A stretch of DNA of 32,514 bases from the NCBI GenBank assembly GCA_003990765.1, contig RBNJ01000344.1, forward strand, positions 1 to 32,514, written 5' to 3'. Below are positions 11,933 through 20,012 of this stretch, one piece after another (the stretch's first letter is position 1; every line of letters begins with the position of its first letter). The DNA is from Jimgerdemannia flammicorona. Taxonomy: Eukaryota. The position numbers were made by a program, and so were the translations under genes. The notes under the pieces were generated by a model, which was given only the letters and a program-made list of their open reading frames with translations, was not told the DNA's origin and searched no databases.

Positions 11933-12337
11933 TGTAATGGTTCTAGTTTCTAAATGAGGAAGCGACTAGTTCTGGTTGTTCTAAGTAGCTCAAAGAGATA
12001 CTTAAGGATTCAAGTATTCTCAAAAGATTTCTGAGAGAAAATATTCTGAGACTTTATTTATGAGAATAAAGGGAATATTTATACAAGATCTAAAGGAAGG
12101 ATCCAGAAAGATCTGAGAAATCAAAAGAAAATGCCAAGAGGAAAGTTCTTGGCAAAGATGACAAATGATGACAAATAAAGTTCTACAAGTTTTCAGGATA
12201 TTCCATGACTAGCTAAATAAGTACTAGTTAATGCTCAGTGCTAAGAAGGAAATTTCTAAGTATATGGAAAGTACTGGAAGGTTATAGAATATTTAAGAAA
12301 GACAGAGAAAAGAAATAAACTATGCTAAAGTATTACA
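11933..12337 (-). repeat. 5' LTR of Gypsy A
   Basis: TGTAATGG...TATTACA; TATAAATA on - strand at 12076-12083. Confidence 0.97.
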
Positions 12338-12695
12338 ATATAGTATATATTCCATATTCTGTTTAATTCTCTACAATTACTTAAATTCTTTGAATTTCTC
12401 TAAAATCTCACTGTTTGCTAATAAGAAGTATATATATACTTTATATATATAATTATTAATAAATATAATAAAATATTTCTTCCCACTATAGGAAGTAGTA
12501 TGTATCAGACTACATATATTTATATGAATTAAATTAAGTATACTAGATATGTATTTTATCCATTTCTGAAATAGTCATCAGAATACTTTATTTACTATAT
12601 AGTTCTTATAGAAGTTATTATCAAAATATATATATACTAGCAATCTACTCACTGAACTATTTCTGATTATCTTTTCCAGACTTGATTTGTCTATA
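12338..12695 (-). pseudogene. Ty1/Copia relic continued: GAG-pre-integrase/zinc-binding region and N-part of the integrase core
   Basis: Reads FYKNYIVNK...LNLIHINICSL...SGKKYFIIFINNY...YFL...SEILEKFKEF, i.e. eroded FCxxCxxGK...LDLIHTDVCGP...GGKKYFVTFIDDY. It joins 141-448 across the ATATA TSD. An eroded 'LGHIG' continues across the hAT TSD to about 19182. Confidence 0.8.
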
Positions 12696-12779
12696 TAGTG
12701 CTCCAAATAAGTCAATTCAAATCAAATCCGGATTCAATTTGTCACATGATGGTTTAATCCAAATCTCAAATCTGAAGCT

Positions 12780-13131
12780 ATCTGAATCAACTTGGATTTA
12801 ATCTGAATCGCCCCATCTGAATCGCCCCATCCAAATCACCCATCCGAACCACCCCAATCTGAATCACTCAATCCAAATCACTCAATCCGAATTGCCCCAT
12901 CCGAATTGCCCCATCCAAATCACCCATCCGAATCACCCATCCGAACCACCCCAATCCAAATCACTCAATTCAAATCACTCAATCCAAATCACTCAATCCG
13001 AATCACTCAATCTGAATCACTCAATCTGAATCACTCAATTCGAATCCTCCAATTCGAATCCTCCAATTTGAATCCTTCAATCCAAATCCTCATCTGAATC
13101 CTTCAACTGAATCCTCCAATCCAAATCCTCC
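12780..13131 (+). repeat. Left subterminal tandem array of the hAT (13-14-bp units, consensus about CCGAATCACTCAAT / CCGAATCCTCCAA)
   Basis: More than 20 tandem degenerate units, with CCGA/CTGA/CCAA variants. Confidence 0.9.
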
Positions 13132-13225
13132 ACATGACTCATATGCCGGATGCATCCACAACACAATACACATACATGCATACACACACACACATATACA
13201 TGCACATGCAAACACATAAACACAC

Positions 13226-15835
13226 ATGTCGACAGATCAGTCTTCAACAGTTCACAGTACCGATGATGCTTCAAGTCAAACATCCCTGATAGTTCCATAC
13301 CTTCTATGCAATCCTTGCTCTGAAATCTGGCAATATTGTGCTAAGATAGGAGATGATGTTGTTTGTAATTATTGCAGGTAAAAAATTAAGACACACCTAT
13401 TGACACTTTGCTTTGACATACATATGATATTATTTTGACATACACATGATATTGTTTCATCCACCCCCATGAACTACACCACACCAGCCAGAAGTTCAAA
13501 ATGCTTGTGGGTATGACTTCGAACATGAATCAACATATAAAAGACAAGCACCCTGACAAAATCAAAAAGAACATGGAGACAAATAAAATTGACATCCAAG
13601 CTGTGGTGGGTATGTTTATCCAATTGCCCAACCATTTCTGTACCAATAACGCCATTTAATCAAAAATATTTAGCCATACTCTTCGGCAGAATTTCGAAAT
13701 TGGCTCATTCGCTGGATTGTGTGCACAGACCAGCCATTCACAACCATCGAGAGTGATCAATTATATAGCATCTTTGGCATCCTCAAGCATGATTTATATT
13801 TGCCAAGTGCCGATACTATTCGCAAAGATGTCCTGGAGGCCTATAGGAAGGAGCATGACAATCTCCACCAGACACTTCAGGTAAAATAAGGGCAGCATCA
13901 TGACCTTTGCAAGCTGAATTATATAAAAGAGCTCACCAATTTAACCTCACATTCAATAAGCAGAATTCGGCAGGCAAAATTTCGTTTATGATTGACACAT
14001 AGACATCCCCCAATGCAATTTCATTTCTGGACATTACCAGTCATTGGATTAACCTCGATTGGCAGCTTAAATCTCTCACCCTTGACTTCGTCAAACTTGC
14101 TGGCCCTCATTCTGGAGACAACATCATAGATGCTTTTATTAGTTGTATCTGGGAGCTTGGGATCACCACCAAGGTAAAAAAGGGGGGCTTGCCGTCAGGT
14201 CAGCGTTTTGAGGGAGGTCCTAAACCAAACTAAACCAGATTTTATTGGTTACTTATTTTCACATAAATTTGTCAACCAAATATTTCAAGTACAGATTTTG
14301 GCCATTACGACGGACAATGCTACAAACAACTCAATATTTTTCCAAGATTTAGTGACCAGCCTCAAATAGGAAAATGTGGCCTTCAGTACAGAAAGCTGCC
14401 ATGTGCGATGCCAGGCCCATATACTGAACCTCACTGTTCAGGACTATCTTATGCACATAGACAAAACATCCGAGAGAGAAGGGGCCCTGAGTATAATTTC
14501 CAAGCTGCACAAACTGGTTGTGTTGGTCCGATCATCCCCACAATGATGAGACAAATTCGCTGCACAGTATAGGGCAATCAGTTTAGCCCCGAAAGAGCTT
14601 ATATTGGACATCTGTACACATTGGAACTCAACATTTGCAATGATCCAGTGCACGCTGGAGTTTGCTGTAGTATGCATCCTTTTTTTCTTTAGTCGGCTGA
14701 AGCAACTGTTTTGGATGATGGAAGATTTATTTTAAAAAAAAAAAAAAAAAAAAAAAGTCAATAGATTCAACAATGGCTGCTGACAAGGAAATATGGGCCG
14801 AGGTTCTAGGCAAAAGCGAGTGGGATGTACTTAGGAATGTTGTCAGAGTTTTGGAAGTAAGTGGTGATTGCCCTGGCTCCATACTCATTTGTCTGCCTCT
14901 GCACAATGCAACACCTCACCACATATAACTGCCAGTGTTTCGACGATTGTACAAAGGATATAGTCAAACAAATGACCCCGACAATAAGCTCTGCAATACC
15001 GGTATACAACCTTCTGATTGACCAGCTAGAGGACAAGCTTGAGGACAGGCTGGAGGGTTGTGATGATTTATGGTTAAGCCTGGATCAGAGAGACGCTGTG
15101 GAGGTTGCTCTAAGCAAGCTTAAAAAATACTACTCCCAAACAGATACTGCCATATACTCAATCAGTACAGGTATGTCAATGTCAGCATATGGCCATTGCC
15201 CCTTCCAAAGCAGAGGAAACTCCGCAAAAACTCACTCTCCTTTTCTTCGAACAGTGCTGGACCCACGCTTAAAGCTACAATACCATAAAGATCAGGGCTG
15301 GGAGCAGCACTTCATTGAGAGAACCAAGTAGGCCGTAATTGAAGTATACTGGAAAAACTACGCACCGCTGCAAGGTTCCAGCTGAAGTCCAGACGAATAT
15401 GCTGAGGGATTCCTCCTGTCTCACATTTACTTCAGCAGAAAGAGGAAGAGGGAGCCATCAGTGGAAGAGCTGCTATCAATAGACAAACTTACCATTTACC
15501 TCGCCAGTGACTGCGTGGTCCTGCTGGAGGGCACAGAGGTACTCAACTGGTGGAAGGTGGGTTGTTAGGCGGGCGTTGGGCCAATTTAACCCACTAATCT
15601 AACCCACCAATCTAACCACCACTCTACCCACCGGGGCATGCAGCTGCATCAAACAGACTTCCCCAGCCTGTGTGGTATGGCTCAGGACTACCTGGTGATT
15701 CCTGCCTCCAGTGCTCCCATCAAGCGGGTGTTCTCAGGTGGGGTGGACCTCGTTGCCCCAAAGAGGTGTGCACTGAATGCTGAGACAATCCAGGTATGTA
15801 TGTGTCTGAAGTCTTGGTGGGGCTCAGGCCGCTAA
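13226..15835 (+). pseudogene. hAT transposase, about 9 exons (donors near 13378, 13610, 13881, 14174, 14670, 14857, 15171, 15557), inactivated
   Basis: BED finger SEIWQY...CNYC|...TSNMNQHIKDKH; WIVCTDQPF; ISFMIDT*TSPN (first D); HSGDNI; ITTDNATNN (second D); RCQAHILNL; THWNST; LDPRLK; LNWWK; IPASSAPIKRVFS (catalytic E>K at 15722). Stop codons present; the phase at intron 2 is uncertain. Confidence 0.93.
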
Positions 15836-15944
15836 AATTCGGCAGGTCCACGGATAAGTTGGTTGGCCTTGAGGAATATTTAACACCTTTCAAAATAATA
15901 AAAAAGGAAAAAAAACCTGAGGACTCAGCCTAGAGTTTGTGGCC

Positions 15945-16455
15945 AAAGTGGGGCAGGGTTGGCAGCGGCGGCGGAGGGAGCACGCAATATTTGCGGTCCT
16001 CAGCCAGCAGCAAGGGGCAGCCCCAAGCTGCCAGTGCCCGGGTCAGTGGGCGGATTGGTGGGCGGGTTGGTGGGCAGTGGGCGGGTCAGCAGAGGGAGCG
16101 CACAAAATTTGCGGCCCTCCACCGGCAGCAAGGGGCAGCCCCAAGCTGCAAGTGTCCGGGTCGGGGGGGTAGGTAGAGGGAGTGTGCAAAATTTGCGGCC
16201 CTCTGCCAGCAGCAATTGGCAGCCCCAAGCTGTCAGCACCTGGGTCAGTGGGCAGGGTTGGTTGGTGGGTGCGGGGTCGGCAGAGGGAGCATGCAAAAAT
16301 TTGTGGCCCTCTGCTGGCAGCAAGGGGCAGCCCCAAGCTGCAAGTGTCTGGGACAGGCGGGGCAGGCATAGGGAGCATGCAAAATTTGCAGTCCTCTGCC
16401 AGCAGCCCTCCACCAGCAGCATAGGGGCAGCCCCAAGCCACCAAGGAGTCTGGGG
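15945..16455 (+). repeat. GC-rich degenerate tandem repeat (about 5 units containing AAAATTTGCGGCCCTC..CAGCAGCAAGGGGCAGCCCCAAG)
   Basis: Recurrent GGGGCAGCCCCAAG near 16014, 16132, 16217, 16324 and 16423. Confidence 0.85.
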
Positions 16456-16460
16456 CAGAG

Positions 16461-16580
16461 AGTGCTTCTGGTAGTCGGAGGGTGCTTTCTGGCAGTCAGA
16501 GGGTGCTTCTGGCAGTCAGAGGGTACTTCTGGTGGTCGGAGGGTACTTCTGGTGGTCGGAGGGTGTTTCCAGCAGTCGAA
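16461..16580 (+). repeat. 20-bp minisatellite (GGGTGCTTCTGGCAGTCGGA, about 6 copies)
   Basis: Direct tandem copies visible at 16481-16560. Confidence 0.9.
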
Positions 16581-16787
16581 GTCACCAGTTCGGATCCCAC
16601 AGGCACTCCAGCCCTGTGCCGCAGTACCGCACCAGCGGTACTACAGAGCAGGGCCGAGGGGCCGGTAGGGCCCTATATAATGGCTAAGCTAGTGCTACAT
16701 AAGAGGCACCTGGCCCAACCCCCCCACATAAGACTGCCCAACCCACACAAAATGGCTGCCTACCCCTCATGAAAGATTGCCTAACCC

Positions 16788-18809
16788 TCACAAAAACTGC
16801 TCCACCTGCCAGTCCCAGGCCTTGATGAGTCTATCATCCATTGTGAGTGCAACAACTGTTGTATCCGAGCTCTCCTCAAAGGCGACGGTACTGTGGTAGT
16901 CATGTGGTTGGAATAGGATGGCCATGTTGGCCACAAATGGGACCCCAAAACCATAGATGAGGTCATACCAGACTCTGCCACTATCCTCCCAGGTTGGGCC
17001 CTTTCTTTCCAGTACGTAAAACATTACCGGAGTGACATTATTGTCTGTGTGTGTGGGCAGAGAAAAGTTGTGCCCGACATATCCTGATGTGATGCAGGTG
17101 TACGGTTGGGTGAACCCTTGGCCCAGGACCTCATACTGCCAGGCTGTGCTGGTGGATGCCTGCCCTTGGTCCAGCCCCGGGAGCCCCGGCTTGGAAACCT
17201 GCCAAAACAGATGGCAACTGGTCAGTCCTTTTTGCGTTCGGGGGGGCAGAAACCCCTGGGCCACAGAAACCCCCCAGGCTGCAGCACCCCAAAAAAGCGG
17301 AGCTCCTCACCTCATACGGCACACTAAATTGTACCAAGAATGTACATATAGCTACACCAAGATCACCACCAAGCTGGCCTGCCGTACACTCTACCAATCT
17401 GCTCAAAGAACCCCAGATCATAGCTGCCATCGCTGCACAGGCCGTGTCGTGCTCATGCGCAGTTTGCTCTTTGACGGCACTTCTAAAGTTCCAGTAGGAG
17501 TACAGAATCTTGTGCATCCCTGGATTTGTATCAAAAAAGAGTATGTCAGTAAAGAGTGTGATTTATCTGGGGAGGGGTTAAAAAAAAAAAGGGAGATGAG
17601 TGCGAGGGATTTCGGAACTCTGGAACCCACCCTTCGCCAGTGTTGCAGTATACCCAATTCCTGTCCAAACCCCCCCTCCTTGCTTTTTTTGCCCCCTCTT
17701 TCCTGCCACCCAGTATTTGATGCAATTCTCGCAAATCTCATTGATGTGGCAGCAAAGCTCGTTGCCATAGAGGTTCCTTACCACCATCGCAACCACCTCT
17801 CCATGTTCGTTAATAAAGATATAGTTCTCTTTGTCGTTAGTTACTCCTGCTGACCAATGGACCCCTTGGTTGAGTACGATTGGCTCTGATTCGAATGTAG
17901 ACCCCCAAGCCTTGATGACGATGCCAGTACTGCTCATGCTGAACATCTTGCCCTCGAATTTCTCTATTTGATCAGACGCCAGACATAGTTGAACTCAGGT
18001 AACTTTGAAATCTCCTTTCCAATAGAACTGAGCCCTGATCTGAGGGACCAAGATAAGTATGTGGACGGGTTACATGCAGGTGGATTGCATGCGGGCAGGT
18101 TGTGGGTGGGTTGCATGCAGGTGGGTTGTGTGCAGATGGGTTGCATGCAGGTTGCGTGCAGGTGTGGGTGTTTTTTAGGGGGAGACCACGTAAAAATGAA
18201 ATTAAATAAAACACGGAGGTGGGTATTTCAGAAAAAGAGCATGAGTGAGTGAGCTGCATGCTGATGAGTTGCACGCCGACAAGTTGCACAAGTTGCACAA
18301 GAATTGCTCACGAAGGCTTGCTTCTGTTCCTTTTGAGACCTCTGCCATGCAATGCATTGACTCAACAGCTCAGCCACCAAAGGCATGCCCCACAACGTCT
18401 GCCAGCCTTTCTTCATCTTGACCAGATATTGCGAATAAAGTCGGCAGATCTTGCCATAGAGCTGTGGACCCTAAGAAAAGCATGAGGTGAATTGGGTCAT
18501 GCTGGGGAAGTTTAAATAAACACAAGTAAACAAGTGGCAGCTGAGTGAACAACCTATATCTACTATCAGCTGCTCCAAAAAGGCTGCTGTGTACATAGCT
18601 GTGAGGTCTGTGAATTCCGAGGTCCGAAGGGCTGCCGTGAGTTGTTGCCAGAATTCTCCCTCATCCCTGCCATTGCCATCGCCACCGCCACTGCCGTCAC
18701 CCCTTTGGCTCTCGATGAGCAGCTTGTGTGCTGTCCATATGAGAAAGAATCTAACATTGTCAGCAGAGAGTGCATTTCTACCTCGAATACTCCCTCTTTT
18801 GATGATCAT
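16788..18809 (-). pseudogene. hAT cargo gene: putative TET/JBP-family Fe(II) dioxygenase (about 477 aa, 5 exons: 18809-18564, 18470-18312, 18039-17631, 17519-17311, 17198-16788), one in-frame TGA at 17997-17995
   Basis: Four GT-AG introns join the exons in phase (1434 nt total), with CTGAC branch points in introns 3 and 4. The last exon has HNFSLPTHTDNN (HxD) and AILFQPHDYHST (distal H), resembling JBP-type NF...HTD / LLF....HGNT motifs. The exon 1 boundary is the least certain. Confidence 0.7.
18062..18170 (+). repeat. About 15-bp minisatellite (GGGTTGCATGCAGGT) inside intron 2 of the cargo gene
   Basis: About 6 degenerate tandem copies. Confidence 0.8.
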
Positions 18810-19011
18810 TGCAGGGTGAAAAATGAGTAGACTGGACCAACATATGAATTAAGGGCTGCTGTTTTGTTTGCTCATAATGCAGCAGGAAAGAACAAAGAAA
18901 AAGAACAAAGAAAAGAGAGGGAACAAAGGAAAGGGTGATATTACCAAAGTACGGCAGAAAAAAAAAAACAAGAGTGAAATGAACAAAAGAAAGGGTGATG
19001 TCACCAAAGAT

Positions 19012-19150
19012 TTCAATCCAGATGGATCAATCCAGATGGATCAATCTGGATCAATCCGGATCAATCCGGATCAGATCATGAGACCAATCCGAGTTGATTC
19101 GAATCTATCACATGATAAATCTGAATCGAATCTCATCCGGATCAACTCCA
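19012..19150. repeat. Right subterminal repeats of the hAT (10-bp GGATCAATCC units; GATTCGAATC palindrome)
   Basis: Tandem gatcaatccg/gatcaatcca/gatcaatctg next to the right TIR. Confidence 0.85.
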
Positions 19151-20012
19151 TTCGTTCGGAGCACTATGTCTATATATTCTAAGCAGAGATAAAAGAGAAT
19201 ATAACAGAAGCCTAAGAAAGGAGAGAACCAGAGGGTCCAGAGGCAAAACCTGAGTCAAAATTGAAGGAGATAGAAGAAAGACAAGATATGAAAAAGGTGA
19301 GAAATAAGGATAGACAAAGAACAGGGTAGAAATTGTATCTATTGTTTATTATTATATAAAAGTACAGTCCTTATATATAAATATAAAGTCTCAAAAAGGA
19401 ATAATGTACTATAATATAGAGATAACCAAATTAAGAACCTCATATCATATAAAGATAAGAGAAGAACCAATCTCAGAATAAAAATAAAAATCAGAAACAA
19501 ATAAATCCAAATTGAGATTAAAAAACATTCTAGCCCCCTCTGGGGTCTTATATTTATTTTAAGGTTTTTGATCTTTACTTTACTCCTCTCTGCTATCTTC
19601 AGCCCCTTAGCTTTATCTTGAGCTTACTATAGCTCACTTTACTTGACCTCAACTTCTTGCTCTCACTCACCTCTCTGAAGTCTGCAGATATTTTTTAATC
19701 TCAATTTGGATTTATTTGTTTCTGATTTTTATTCTTACTCTAGAATTGGCTCTTTCTTTATCTTTATGTAATATGAGATTCTTAATTTAGTTATCTCTAT
19801 ATTATAGTATATTATTTCTTTTTAGAACTTTGTATTTATATATAAGGACTATACTTTTGTATAGCAATAAACAATAGATGTAATTTCTATCCTATTCTTT
19901 ATCTGTCCTTATTTCTTGCCTTTTTTATATCTTGTCTTCTCTCTTTTTTTATAGTCACTTGGACTCCATCTTTATTACCAGTCTATGAATAAGTATACAA
20001 TATCACCACTCA

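Larger units (their letters stand above)
449..12337 (-). mobile_element. Ty3/Gypsy chromovirus LTR retrotransposon A (gag-dUTPase-PR-RT-RH-IN-chromodomain), degenerate, with nested LINE
   Basis: Two 405-bp LTRs, 5-bp TSD ATATA (444-448 / 12338-12342), PBS, PPT and Gypsy domain order. Confidence 0.97.
12696..19166 (+). mobile_element. hAT-superfamily DNA transposon (6471 bp) carrying a transposase and a cargo dioxygenase gene
   Basis: TIRs TAGTGCTCCAAATAA (left) / TAGTGCTCCGAACGA (right, reverse complement), exact 8-bp TSD TGTCTATA (12688-12695 / 19167-19174), hAT transposase motifs. Confidence 0.96.

Noticed and set aside
12780..13131. Possible CRISPR-like array
   Set aside because: Tandem units without unique spacers, eukaryotic context; explained as hAT subterminal repeats.
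14734..14756. 23-nt poly(A) inside the transposase, as a possible retro-insertion
   Set aside because: Lies within a predicted intron; no TSD or element body.
13226..15835. Possibility that the transposase is KDZ/Plavaka type (the known TET partners)
   Set aside because: The BED finger, TDN, CxxH, WNST, LDPR and C-terminal dimerisation motifs are typical hAT; no CxC/KDZ motifs were seen.
15937..16474. Several overlapping ORFs (up to 171 aa) on both strands
   Set aside because: Stop-poor GC-rich tandem repeat giving repetitive peptides.
17032..17853. 273-aa + strand ORF in the hAT
   Set aside because: Antisense shadow of the spliced - strand gene; it crosses that gene's introns and has no recognisable motifs.
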